A stretch of DNA of 64,000 bases. Source: Callorhinchus milii (Eukaryota). The notes under the pieces are model-generated. The model searched no databases. It saw only the letters and a program-made list of their open reading frames with translations, and had not been told where the DNA came from. Numbering within the stretch: the first letter of the stretch is position 1; each line of letters begins with the position of its first letter. Below, in pieces: positions 26,936 through 41,230 of the stretch. Where the stretch lies: positions 372,001 to 436,000 of the forward strand of contig NW_024704753.1 in the NCBI RefSeq assembly GCF_018977255.1, read 5' to 3'. Made by a program: the position numbers and the translations under genes.

Positions 26936-29065
26936 AAGAGTACCTTAAAGTACCTTAACTCCAACTATGTGAATGTGAAGATTTCTTCACCAGCCATCCT
27001 TTTAGCTTTGAAGTAAGACTGCCATTTTTAAGGGATACAACTTTAAATATTTATGATGTGTATAACAGCAGTTAATATGAAAGCTATTTTATCTGTCAAA
27101 TGACATATTATCCCAAGGGTGGAAAAAGCTTGTAGTAGAAAGTAAATTGACATTGATTCTACCCTACCAATTTTCAAAAACAAGAACTGTGCCAAATGTA
27201 CAAATAATTTTATTCCGTAAGCAAAAATCTCTCAAATCTGTGTGTTAACAGCCATTAATAACAGTATATTTTTAATCACTTGTTACCACGTATTTCACCT
27301 GATATTAAGTACACATGAATATCCAAACCGATATATTTAAAAAACAGAAAAAACCTTAGGAGGCCAGAATCACTTGTCAAAATGAGGAGAAAATCTAAAG
27401 CTCTGTGTATTGCATTCAAGTGCTAAACATTCAGATTTGACCATTACTGTATAAACACACATCCCTGTGAATGGGTTACAATTCTTAGCTAGGGGAGAGT
27501 GGTCATTTTACGAATGACTACAAGTACAATGCAATTCAGAGCCATTAGTATACAACACAAGGCTCCCATTGAAAAGCTGTTTACTTTTGCCAATAATTGA
27601 CAAAAAATCACAAGCATTTTTCAAAGATGCAATACTTGAACTTCAATTGTCTCTGAACCAGTTAAACCAATGCAGCTATTGAGCCCCAAGTTTAAAACTA
27701 AGAACAGCTAAGACACACTAACAATAGTTTATAAATTCACACTTTTTGCAAGTTTATTTTCTTTCTTTGTAGATGCATTAACTTTTACCGTGATGAATAA
27801 AATGCAACGATACTGTTCAGCAACTTAACAGTCAGAAGATGAAGACTGCCAAATTGAACAATATTCATAGGTTCATCACTCAACAATTGCCAAAAGTTTC
27901 CTTTTTAAAGAATAAAACTAGCTTCTCCAATGTGCATTTATCCAATGAATAACTGAGCTATACAAACCTCGAGTGCCCAAGGTTCAATTCCTGGTCTGTA
28001 CTGTGTTAACTGATCTGTCAGGGCAAGTGTTGAGGTTACAACTGGAATTTATGGTTAAGATACACGTGTAATGATCACTGGGGAGGGAACAGGGAAGTAC
28101 TGGCGCCTGTAGAATTGTATCCCAGTCGAAGAGAAAAAAAACACAGAACTTTTAAGAGAGTGGAGAAAAAAAGCAAACAATAAGAAGAAAGTGATGGGGG
28201 TAGAATCTATTTTGTGAAATAATAATAATCCTTGCATTTGACATAGCGCCTTATCACGTTGGAAAGACTTCTCAAAGCACTTCACAAGATTTACTGTGAA
28301 ACGGAGTGACTGTGTATTTGTAGCAAACACGGCAGCACAATTGTACACAGTAATGTCCCATAAACAGCCATGAAACAGATGATCAATTTCATTATAATTT
28401 TATTGTTGTGATCGAAACATTTTAAAAAAAAATTCAATGTCTTTTTTAAGAGTTTTAAAAATAGATTGGATTTACTCCACCAAAATAACCATGTCATACA
28501 GGTCAATGTCATGAGAAATATCCTGCCAGCTCTTTGGAGGGTTGTTTGAATGATATGAAAGTACCAGTCTTCAAGTCAAATAAGTGATCAGAATTAAGTC
28601 AGTTAAATGATCAATGCACTGCGCTGATTGTTTAGCATGTTGAAAATTCAGGCCAGGATTAAAGTCTAGGCTTGAAAAATCAATGTCTTCAACTTATTTT
28701 ACTTATGGTTAAGTAAATAAAATGGGTGCAATTCAGTAAGTAAAATATAAAATAACTGAAAAGCTTTGCCTTCAAAAAACAAAATGCGTATGGTTGGTTT
28801 AAAGGAGTTTATAATGATATCGCTGCAAAATTTCATGTTGCCGACAGACTGCATAAAATGTTGTTGTTCCAACTGGAATTGAGAAAGGAATTCACGGGGT
28901 TAAGGGAGTCTCATTCTTCTGAAACTTCTGGCAGCAACTGGTGAAAGCTTTAAATACCGATTTAACAGATTCCATTTCTAAGCCACAAGGACCTATACTA
29001 CTCTATTCAGGACTTCAGCCTTTCAACTGCTTTCTCAGAATCTAGTTTAAAGTCTATGGTCCAAA

Positions 29066-32000
29066 ATGAAGGGGCTATGTCCTGTAGTTCTTTTAGTTGT
29101 ATTTGCTGATATAGCATTCACAGCACCAGCTCACACTGAAGATCTATTTCATGTTTCTGATTTGGAAATGGATTTTGGTACAGAAACAAGTTACGAATAT
29201 CAGGATGAGCCACAGGAAATAAAGCAAGTAAAGGTAATGTAGCAAATTTAACATTTTGGGCATCAACAAACCTTTTATTTTATAAAGAACTGGGTAATTT
29301 AAATGACTACAACCAAAATAAATAAGGTCACTCCACACATGCAAAACTAATATTAGTGATTGTTAATACTGCAGTAAAACTCATAGTATGCTGTAAAAAT
29401 GCTTTGTATGAACCATACCATAAAGCACCTTTAAAAGAGTGATTAAACATAAAGCCAAATTAATTTTACCTATTCACTTCATTGAGTACTTCTTCAAAAT
29501 TGTTTGATAATAATATGAAATAATAGATTATTTGCTAGAATAACCATCGGATTTTAATTATAAGCAAGAACGATTGTAAAAAATGAGAGCAAAGCATGGT
29601 AGTTTACAACAAAAATATATTGTTTTCATTTATAAATGAATTTAAGATATCTTCTGGTGAAGAGATTAGCTTCAGTAATACAGCAGTTAAGTGATTACCT
29701 GGATACAAATTACATGCAGTAACCAACCATATACTGTACAATTCAATGCCTCATTTATATTAAATGTAACGAGTTGCCACCTAATATTGCTCGCTCGCAC
29801 TCCTATCTCAACCTCTCCACAGCCATCCTTCCACGCCTTTGTCACCTTGGTTAAATTTCTCCAATGCTCTCCTCGTCATCCTCCCTAGCTCCACCCTCCA
29901 CAGCCTTCAACTTATCCAATACTCTGCCACCCATATTCTCTCCTACACATTTATTACTGCAATCCTCACCAGCTTTCACTGGCAACAGATCGAATTTAAG
30001 ACCTCCAGATCCCTTTACAGCTTCCCCCTCCCTCCACCATCTCCTCCAGTTCTTTTATTTCTGCTGTGTCCTCCACTCTTCTGACTAGTCTATTGCTCAT
30101 TCCTCACTCTCTCTGCCCCACCATTGATGGCACTACAGCTTTGCTATGGAGCTCTCTCTCAAAATCCCTTCACCTGCTCCTCTCCTGGTCTTCGAAACCC
30201 TCTTCATAGAATCATACAGCAGAAAAAGAGGCCATTCGGCCCATCGAGTTTGTGCCAGCTCTTTGAATAGAGCAATTAATGTCAATCCCACTCCCCAGCC
30301 CTTTCCCCATAACCCTACAAACCCGTCCTCCTCAAATACCTGTCCACCGTGTTTTTAAAAGTTGTTACCGAATTGGCCTCCACCACCCTTTCAGGCAATG
30401 CATTCCAGGTTCTTAAAAACTCTTTGACCAAAGGTCAAAACCCTTAAGTTTCCCTTCCTTTTATCCTTGTTTAGTGTGAAGCACATCAAGACATTCGTCC
30501 TAAAGGAAAGACATTGTGCAGAGCAATTGCAAGTTGTTGCTGTATCATGAGCAGCCTATAACATTCTCATTAGCATGACTCACTTGTAAATTGCTCACCA
30601 AACCAGCTGTGCGCATTAATAGTTCACAATATAGCACTAAAGTTACTTAAACAATTTATATAGCATGTTTTATGTTAGGAGGATATCTCAAAGAGCTTGA
30701 ATTGGAAACCTCAATTTATTCAGAAGGCCCTAAAAGCCTAAACTAATACACAAGGACTGAAAATAATCTTCATCTCTAGGTTTTCACAACTATTGTAAAC
30801 GTAATCTAAAAATGTTATCCTCACTGTTAGCCATCAGTTTTCATAACAGGACAAAGCATTCCGTTTAATGTTCACTTTCCACCAGATAGATAAGTATTTT
30901 TTTATAAAATGGTTGTTTCTGTTGTTGAAAGCCAGAAGAAAGGGCCACTCCAGTTGTTGCTGCTAATGTGAACAGCGAACTCGAAACCACAAATCCAGAG
31001 GAAGATTCAAATTCTGAGGTCCCCGATGCTGGTGAGTGCTGTATACGTTCTACTGCTCACCTCCTCACTGCCACATATACAGCTTCCATTTATACACTGC
31101 AATTGGGACTTTGTAACTAGCAAATCATCCACCATCACCTGCTTTATGACACAATAAACAACAACAACAACAAAATTACATTTATAGAGCGCCTTTCACG
31201 TCGGGAGAACGTCCCAAGGCGCTGGACACAGCTTCCCATGGACAAGCTACATTCTGCAAAGGTGTATTCAATGTCCTTGGATGTTTTTTTCTCTTTCCTT
31301 TTCTTAGAGCCACTTAGTAAACCTGATGTCTGTTCTTTTCTTGCTCCATCAACCTCTCCACCCCTCAGCCCTTCATGCATATCTCTTTTCCCCCATTTTT
31401 ATTTTACTCTCACACAGTTTGGTTACATTTTCCTCTATGCTGAGGATATACTAGTCATGGCATTTCAAGAGCTCCTTCTACTAGAAGGTACATACTTCCT
31501 CAGATCTTGGTTACAAGAGACGTTTATACAGATTTTCAGGAACGAGGTCAGCCATACACAACTCAATGAAAATTATCTGTATTTCAGAAATGCCAACTTG
31601 CCTTCTGTGCGTCTGTCTAATTGGTTCTGTGTACTGTGAAGAAACCGACATTGAATCAATTCCTGTTTTGCCAAAGGAAACAGGATACCTCTATGCACGT
31701 TTCAACGAGATAAAAAAGGTCACTGTAAACAATTTTGCTGATATTAGTGAGTATTCTCTTCTATTTACTATAAGGTCCTGTAGATTTACTCTCCACAGAG
31801 CTAATGGTGAAAGACAATACAAGACAGGGAGTTACAAGCTTATTCCTGTTTGGAGTTTGCATATCTCAGCTACGGCAGCAATTGGTCTTTCACCTCTGGG
31901 CTGCTATGGGAAAATCAGCAAGGGCTGATTGCTATCCAGAGTCCCTTACTGAAAGTATGTGGGTGTGGATATCAGTGAAGACAGCACTTGATTGGATTGG

Positions 32001-33348
32001 GGCAACCAGTATTTTCAGAAGCAAACAGAAAATTAACCCAAAATGATATTTTAGCAAAAATCACATCAAAAATCTAATTAAATTATACAAGAAAGATAAC
32101 AATATTGCTGTAAAATTTGAATAATAGTTTAATTCCACAGTGTTCTACCATTAACAGGTATAACACACCACAAGGTATGCAAAAGATAAAGAGACTTTGA
32201 TAGTTGTATTTACAGGAAAAATGTTTGAATAGCAATTTGCAAAGATCTAGTGTGTATTTTGGGAGAAGTATAAAGAGACAAGTCACATTCTTACTTTTCT
32301 TTATTACTGAATAAAGCATCTCTGAGAACAATCGACCTGACTGGAAACATGATCTCAGAGATAGAAGATAAAGCCTTTTCACAGCTTCCAGATCTTGAAG
32401 TGCTTATCCTTTCTGAAAACAATCTGCTCCGTCTTCCTACTTTACCACCAAAGCTGACAATTCTTAATGCAGAATACAATCGTATTAAAAGCAATGGAAT
32501 AAAAAAAAACGCTTTTAAGGTAATGTAAAATATTTTGGATTGCAGTTTCATTATGATTTCTAATTGAGTTTATACGTTTGGAGGGTACTAGATTGCCCAG
32601 TTATTATTCAACAGTTTAACAGGTCAGAATAATCGTTCCAAGTTATGTTTTACAGAATAAATCTTAATTACTTCAACAGCTAACGGTTATTATATTCAAG
32701 TATGTTGCACTGATGGCACAAAAATGTTTCACAAGATCTCACTTAGCGCATTGATGTGGCAAGAAAAATTAGATTTGAAGTCTCTACAGCTCCAATCTTC
32801 TGCTGGTCTTGGTAGCCACCAACAGAAGTATTGTCAGTGATAATCCAATAATTAGGAGTTGTCATAGTATGATTTTAAAAAGCTAAAACCTTGCACAATG
32901 TTTCTTTCAGAACCTGCCGGCCTTTCAATATCTCTACCTTGGACATAATCAACTGGACAAAGTACCTGTGAACATACCTGACACCCTTCGCATCCTTCAC
33001 TTACAGGTCAGACATACAATAAACATAATTATAGTCTTCCAATCCATACAAGACTGCTGCAGCTTGGGCTCTACGATATGCAAGCATGTCGCCTGCTTGT
33101 GCTGCAGTGCAGCTTAATACAGTATTGTTATATTATGATTTTAAGATAAAAATATTTTGCCACTTTCCACTTTGCAGCACAACAACATAACTACTATTTC
33201 GGACGACACATTCTGCAAACCTCATGATTCCAGGTATATCCGTTACATCCTGGATGAGATTCGGCTAGAAGGCAACCCGATCAATCTGGCAGAATATCCC
33301 AACAGTTACATCTGCTTACCACGACTCCCCATTGGAAGACTCCGGTAG
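29066..33348 (+). CDS. OGN: Class III SLRP osteoglycin/mimecan (~298 aa, 6 coding exons)
   Basis: Exons 29066-29233, 30932-31031, 31588-31746, 32317-32519, 32911-33006, 33178-33348, in frame. [19 protein letters not shown] (CX2CXCX6C), [27 protein letters not shown]...[26 protein letters not shown]; AATAAA at about 33864. Confidence 0.93.
29780..30205 (+). mobile_element. Degenerate L2 fragment
   Basis: CCACGCCTTTGTCACC...CTTCAACTTATCCAATACTCTGCC...CACTGGC...GAATTTAAG. Confidence 0.65.
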
Positions 33349-34372
33349 TCATAAAGGGAAATGTAAAGCAACACGTAAGAACAGCTAAATGCTTACGATA
33401 AAACACTGCCTTTTTGGATATATTCTCATTCATTGTTAACCCTATATCCATTATTATACTGATACTACACCGATGTATGCACACTGGTTTACCTACAGGG
33501 CAGCCTACACCCAAATTACATGTCATATTATTGACAGAAATTCATGTCTAAATTAGCTGAGGAAATGACAATACCTTCAGATACAATCTGCATTATAAGT
33601 CGCCACCTATATCAATTCACATTAATTATACTATTAAAATAGATTCATTTAAAATATCAGACAATTAAATGATATGCTGGGCTGCAGTTTCACACCATAA
33701 TTTGATATAAGTCCCATATCATAATATTTCAAACTGCAAGCACATACTGAATGAACTAATTAAATATGGTGTGCATTTATATTTTAGAAAAATGTTAGTA
33801 TCTTACTGTGCCTAATACTTAATACTTTACTTAATTTTGTAGTTTAACATGAATTGATTTCAAAATAAAGTGCTTTTGAAAAAGTAGTATCTTTGTAATT
33901 AATTTTTAGTATCATTTGATATTTGTATAAATCACTCATTTGTTTTTTAAAAAATTCTACTGTAAAAAAAGCTCTCAGATTATTTGTTTCAACTTGTTAA
34001 AACAACAACAACCAGTTTTCACTATAGAACTCTTGACTGTTGAATGCCATTGTCAATACACGCCTCAATTAGCACTGATTGATTAATTCATCAACATCTT
34101 TCAAACATTAAAGCATTAAACTGCTTGGGCCAACAATTTTATTGTACAGCTCCCTGCAAATGCAAAACTCTTGAATGGAATTGCTGAATGCTCCAGCTAC
34201 CAGGAAAATTAGGTTTCTATTAGTTCAGTGGTGCATTTTCTGCCTAATTGAAGGCCAAGATTAGCTTTAATGGCATACACTCATAACTTCAGTCATAAAA
34301 TTCCTTAAAAGTATTTAAAATGGAACTTAGTGATTGAAGACATCAGAACTGGGTATTAAGATGCTGTCCTAC

Positions 34373-37300
34373 CTTGAAATGCCGAAAAGTGCTCTGACGA
34401 CAATCGTACCATTTTGTAAAAACTGAGAGTGTTCTGAAAAATAGTAAAAGGCTCTTCTGTTCTTCAGCTCTGGAAGATAAAACGGGAAGTTGATTAAACA
34501 CAAAAAAAATCTAAAAGTATTAACAAGCTACGGTTAACATTGAATTCTGTGCTGAGATCTACAAGATAGTTCAAGCACTTTCTGCAAAGTGAATTCTTAT
34601 TTCAGACAACATGGACACAGTACATGCAATGAAATAGAATGGCAGAACACTGAACTTACTTGTGAGGAAGGTCTTTCACTAGTCACTATTGATATCTTGA
34701 TCACCACTGATCACCACTAGAATAAACCTGGTCTACTCCTCCCTTCCATGTACACACCACAGGAGCGAGAGTGGCAAAAATCATCACTTGGCAAAAACCA
34801 CAATGTACTTAGAGATATGCAAATTCTGCCTCTTTTTCTCATTACCATGTAATGTTAGTGGTTTACACCAGTAGCATTCCAGAAGTCAAGGTTTTGAATC
34901 CTGCTATGGTAGTTGTGCATAACATAATTCGCTGTATTAGAGATTACAGCACAAATGGGGTGTGGACTCCAACATTTACTCATTGAAACTGCGTGCAGAA
35001 AGCTCCAGTGACACACATCATCATTCTAAATAACTTTGTTTTGAACCATGACAATGCAAAATGACAGCCTCTTTTGAAGTGTGACATCGCAATTTGAAGT
35101 GTGATGTGCACCAGTGAAGCCGGCTGGCTTTCTGTACACATGTAGTGTCATCACCAGTCATTTGATCAATGAGATCACAATGTGGCAGTGCTGACCAGGT
35201 TCACCCAAGTATTGCCTTATAAAGGGAATCTACTGTTATTTGAATTTTAAAACATTTTGATTTGAGCTGCAACCAGAAAAAGCTGCTGGATTATCGCGAA
35301 AAAACGTTTCACTGACATCCTTCTGAAGATCATATGAAAAGAAAATCAGACTCTATTGATCTTTAGCAATATGATGATGCTGTATGGAAGACACCAACTT
35401 CTTGATAAACAATAAAATGACATTATATACTGCCTTTCCCAAGGACGTCCCTAGGCGCTGGACAATTAAAGTTTTGCACCCAAGCTGGGGATTGGAATCA
35501 AGAGGGTATAAAAAACTATGAAACTATAATAAACTACAAAACAGATCTAGTAATGAAAACCAATTCCTTGAATAGTTAGAAAACCAACATTATATTTGAA
35601 CAGCAGAAACGTATTTTAGGCAAAACACAGAAGGCTTGAGTATTAGCCCTTAACAACTTGCATTTACTGTTTATAGCGCCCTTCATGTGGGTAGTGTCTC
35701 AGAGAGCTGGACGTGTTTTCAAATCAATTTATTCTGGGCAGGCAGGGGATAGCCTGTTGGCATGTTGGGATGAATCAGACTAGAATAAGCACCTGGGAAG
35801 TCCACAAACAAATGTTCACAAAGGATTGGAACTAACTGCTAATACCGTTGATTGAGCTAACCAAAAGAGATTAGATAGATGGATGGACGTATGGACAGAC
35901 AGATACTTTTTAAGTAAGGATATTAAAGCGGGGGAAAAAAAACATATAGATATAGAATTAAAATGAGCTCTCATACACTGAATGGGGAAGGAGGCTCAAT
36001 AGGCTTCTCATATTCGCCCACAAATATACAGTCAATTCACTTTACAGTATATTCTGTGAAGTGCTTTGGGACGTCTAGAAGACATGAAAAGCGCTATATC
36101 AAATGCAAGGATTATTATTATTATTATATTCCTATACATTACTGCTTCAACATAGAAATACAGGAATAGACAGGACAGAGAAATGACCAACTGGGTGGTT
36201 CCAGAGTAAAAATAAATAGTCCTACGGTGGAGCAGACAGAATCAAAGTGAAAATAACGGATCTGTTACCAAACCGTTTTAGCTTAATAGAAACAGCAGAA
36301 ATAACCAGAAAGGTAGCAATTTCATATGAAAATATCACATTGACGTAAAAATCTGACTATGAATAAAGAAAACCTTTCTGGAAAAAGTGTACCCAAATAC
36401 AATACCTCTTCAACCTTTGCTAAGATTTATTATCCAGCGGTATTCAATTTTCCTTCATATTTTTGCCAAGAAAAAGACCGAATTCAATTCAATAATTTCC
36501 AGATGTGCTTCCATGTTGCCATGTTACATAAACTTTTGGCACAATATAAATGCAAGGCAACGTTTCAGTCCCAACCTTGATAGAGTTTCAAGCTGTATAC
36601 TCTGTTTTCCACATTTCAGTAAGACATACGTGGAGCATTTCTGATTAGAAATAATTAATTCACTGGAATTTATTAACAGTTGTATAAGTTGAATTTTTTT
36701 TAAACTTTGCATATGTCTGAATTTTTTTTAACAATATATCTATGAACTACAGAAGATTGTGCAACCTTGGTAACAACTCACATGCACATAGTGCCCTTCA
36801 TGCAAGATAGTCTCTTAGAGCGCTGTATACATTAGCTTTTATAATTTTATAGTTTAGTGCAGAGTGCAATATTTTGGCTGCTGAGGGCCAGATGCCAGGG
36901 TTGAGGAACGTCTGCAGGCCGCAGAAGGAATATTTTTGTGTTTCCCTTCAAGAAACATAACACTTACACAGAGCCCTTTTCATATCAAGAAGAACGTCTA
37001 AAGTGCTTGACACTGCCGGCTGGGCACCTGAGCTGGGGTATAGGGAAATGATGAGTGAAAGAGTTAGGTCTTGACGAGCCTTGAAAGAGGGGAGGGAGGG
37101 ATTCGTAGGGGATGGAGCTCCAGAGTGGGGTGTAAAATACTGATGGTGGGGAAGATGGGGTGAGGGGACATGAAGCAAGCTGGTGTTTGGGGCAAAGGGA
37201 ACGGCTAGGTCGGGAGATCGCATCATAGAGCTAGGGTGAGGAGGCGGGGGGTGTTGCAAGGGAAGTAGAGGAGTTTTTCACTGGGGAAAGAGGGATCTTG

Positions 37301-40300
37301 CTGTGAGGAAACTGAACGGCACGGCATGTCACTCAGGGTCTGTCCTCGGTCCCCCGTTACAACTGAGGAAGGCTTCAATCATCTGTTCTGACAGTGAACC
37401 ATAAGAGTCTGCTCTCATTTGGCCTCTCTCTCTCTCAATCACTCTCTCCCCACGCCCCACTACATCTGTGCCATGACCCGCTCTGCCATCCCCCACATCT
37501 TCACCCAGCTCTGGCACTGACTCACACGCAGGCCGCTGAGACCCTCATACTTGCTTTCATTACACCCAGGCTTGACTATGTAAACTCCCTGCTTGTCAGC
37601 CTCCCCAACTCCTCCCTCCATAGGCCGCAGATCATCCAGAACTCTGCAGCCCGTGTCCTCTCCCGCACCAGGATCTGTGACCCTATCCCCCTATCCTTGC
37701 CCGACTCCACTGGCTTCCCTTCACACAGAGGATACAGTTCAAGATCCTGGTCCTCACCTTAAAAGCCCTCCATGGTCTTGCTCCCCCTAACTCTGCGACC
37801 TCCTAACCCCCTACCATCCTGCCTGCTCTCTCCGCTCAACGGGCTCCGGCCTGCTTCACATTCCCCGCCTCGCTCGCCTTCTGCCACTCCGCCCCCACTC
37901 TCTGGAACTCCACCCCACAGTCCCTCTGCCTCACCCCCTCCCTCGGCTCCTTCAAGTCCCATCTCAAGATCCTTCTCTTCCACCGTATTTTCGATCTCCC
38001 TGCTTCCCGCCCTGCCCTCCACCTTCCCCGACCCCAAGCTCAGGTCTGAAACTCTGAATGTCCAGGTCCTTAGGACGTCCTCCTGACGTGAAAGGCTCTA
38101 TACAAATGTAATTTTGTTGTTGTTGTATACTTCTAGGGGCTAAAGATGACCTGCAGAATCAAAATCAATTTCCTTTAATTTTAAGATAACATATTGTTCC
38201 ATTCCTTCTGTGAAACAATGATTTTACTTTTACAATACATAATCAATAATTCTGCCAGGTCTGTTGCTTGCTCTGTTACGATCATTGTTCCACTATGTAA
38301 CCAATTCTGATCCAATTTATCATCACAAAAATGATCAAGAATCAGATAAAGAGTAAAGAATAAGAACATGTATCTATTGCACCCTCTGCTGCTGGCAAAA
38401 TGAGTAACAGAATAATTGAAAGCAAAGGATAGTAGAGCCTTGTTATAACACAGTAATTGGGTTCTATAAAGGGGCACCACCACCGTCTGTAAATAAAATA
38501 CAGAAGTTTTATGCTACAAAATAATTTCTGTTATTCAAGAGAGTTTAGTCTGGCACAAGTTCATGTAAAGATTCAGAAAAATACTAGATATGGAGTGATT
38601 ATTAATCCCTCGGGTACGCAACCATACAAAACATAGCAGATTTGGGTTCCAGGAATTAATGTTAAGATGCGGAAGTTCTTCCACATGCATAACTACGAAA
38701 GATTATGATTCAGACACCTGAAAAATCCCAACAATTTGTCAAGGCCTAAAAATTAATACATATCCATATCAATCCAAGAATTCTACATTGGGAACAAAGT
38801 AGAGAATATTTTTCATTAAGTTAAGGGGAAAAGACTTGGATGGTTAATTGATTGTAATAAAAGATGAGAATTCTATAAATCTGCCTTCATATGAGAACTT
38901 GAAATTATCAAGACATACCTGGATATAAATCTGCTCAAATCATAGAATTCATTGGATTCCAAAATAATGTTCAGTTCTGTAATTATAGCTGCAACATTTC
39001 CTTCAATCTAAAAGAAAAATTGTGTCCATCAGTTTTTCTACTTTTATAACAAATACAGATAAGTGTGGATATGTGGATACCTGATTTATGCAGCATACTT
39101 ACATACTAATATACACTGATCCCAGACATTATCTTTACAGAGACCATAATTTGTGTGAAATGTAGTCAAAGGGAAATTAATTATTTTCTTACTATTTTAC
39201 TTTAAAACTTTTCTTGTTAATTCATTAGGTATAAAATCTGTGGCACGTTAAAAATACAGTATAATTAATTTCACAAATAAATAAACAACATATAAATCAG
39301 ATATCGGTAAATCAAAGCAGTGTAAGAACATGTTGAAAGAAAGTATGTGTGTGAGAAAGATACCACATGTTTATAAGATGAATCCCAGTTAGTTTGAGGA
39401 AAAGCCAACTTGCTCTAACGAGCAGAAGTTTCTCACTGAAGTATTATTTCAGAAGGAGTGGAAGTGGGAATATGGAATTTAATAATATTCCTGGGATATG
39501 AATCGGGCTTTACAAAATAAGACATAGAGTTATAAAATGTAAACAATCGCCCATATGCTTTGGAACAGATTAGATTTTGATTCAATTGAGTTGATTACCT
39601 CTATCATAGTGAAAAAATATTGTTTTCTCACTATCGTGAAACAACTGATAGTGTATGCATCTAACCTGGTTTTATAAATAAATGAGATTTGATAGTGCAG
39701 TTTATGATTTTGCAAACTACTGTGGATTTCTGTATCTTAGCGGCTAGAGCGCTTGCCTCGCAAGCGAGAGGACCTGGGTTTGATTCCCGAGCAGGGCGAA
39801 ACGTTGGGCAAGTTTCCTTACTCTTACTCTTCACACATGCCTCTGTTCACCTAGCACTAAGCAGGAATGCGTTGTTTTCCCTAAGGTAATAATCCCTTAA
39901 AAAAATTAAATAATAATTTTGTCACTCAATCCACGTCTGTTTGTGGGACATTACTCTGGTAGCCGCATTTTGTCCACAAAGTATACAGTCAATTCATACT
40001 ACGTTATATTCTGTGAAGCTCTTTGAGACGTCTCGAAGACATGATAAGGCGCTTTACAAATGTAATTTTTTTTTGTTGTTGTTGTAAACCAAATACAAGG
40101 ATTATTATTATTTTGTTAATAAATACCTTATTTTCCATCATTTCAAATTCAAGCTCAAAATGCACGCTTCGACTGTTCCCAAATAGTCTGCATTGCATGA
40201 CTTTGTTGTTATCTATAAGTGAAAAGTTAATAAGCATCATTCGTCAAAAATAAGGATGGACAAACACAGATTATACTAATTATGAAGGGAGAATTTTGAA

Positions 40301-41230
40301 CCTTGACATCAATACCTTTGTCGAGCTACAAACGAGCAGGGTGAAACAGTCTTCACACTGCTTCAATGCCCTAAACTCCACATAGAAATAGTTTAATCTT
40401 TCGACCGACTCTCCAACTTAATGGTGGTGCGAATTCTGGAGCTGGTACAACAAAGGTCTTTATCATTCACTCCAACCAATCAATGGAGGAAGGCCCATAT
40501 TAGAATAAAGCCCAAATATTTTTACTTTCTTACTTATCTTGAGCTAGCAAATAGGAAGAGACAATAAAACCGCTTGATGCTAACAACTTCCAATTTGTAT
40601 TCAATGCCACAGCTTTAGTAATAAAATGAATGAGGTAGAGAATTGTGTGTGAAATGTTTTGACTGAAAATTAATTACATCCATAGTTTTCTTCCTGAAAT
40701 TGGGTAAGTGTACACTTACCTTTCTCCACTGTTTGCATGTCATATTTACTGAAACAAATGCCAGTTAGTTGGCTCAGAAAGGCAATCTGACACTCAGTCT
40801 CCTTAATCTGGTTTTCTACATCGGTGCTGGAGCATTTCCATAATTCTGGATTCAGTGAGGTGAGATTTTCTCTATGCAATTCCCTAAAATAAAAAAATTG
40901 TGAATTATGTCCAAAGAACTGGCTACAGCTGGAATTGCACGTTTTTACTTAGAACCTGTTGATAGGACTTTGAAAATGCAATTCTCAAATGCAAGATGCT
41001 CAAATGGCATTGTAAACTCACAACCCACAATCTTTGCATGAGTTTACCTATAACAGAATGTATATATATGTCATTACATATTCCTCAGTTTGTCTTTCTA
41101 TCACTTACGCAGTTTTAAGATTCTCTCCAGAATTAAGAACGTTATCTTGCTGACTGTCTTGGGACTGTTCTTCCAACATTTTGATCTCTTCCTCCAGTGA
41201 ATGGATCTCATCTTCATAAGCCTGAAACAT
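34373..41230 (-). CDS. CENPP: Centromere protein P, first five coding exons (3' part lies left of the window)
   Basis: Minus-strand exons 41230-41109 (MFQAYEDEIHSLEEEIKML...), 40883-40720 (...QIAFLSQLTGICFSKY...), 40212-40127 (CRLFGNSRSVHFELEFEMME), 39007-38919 (IITELNIILESNEFYDLSRFISR), 34469-34373 (AEEQKSLLLFFRTLSVFTKWYDCRQSTFRHFK). GT-AG with consistent phases; the next intron hosts the SLRP cluster as in mammals. Confidence 0.9.
37465..38125 (+). mobile_element. L2 LINE 3' ~650 bp with intact tail
   Basis: Translates AAETLILAFITPRLDYVNSLL...[14 protein letters not shown]; ends GACGTCCTCCTGACGTGAAAGGCTCTATACAAATGTAATTTTGTTGTTG. Confidence 0.88.
39730..40085 (+). mobile_element. tRNA-derived SINE in CENPP intron
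   Basis: GGCTAGAGCGCTTGCCTCGCAAGCGAGAGGACCTGGGTTTGATTCC head, same body and tail as the 519-853 copy. Confidence 0.82.
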
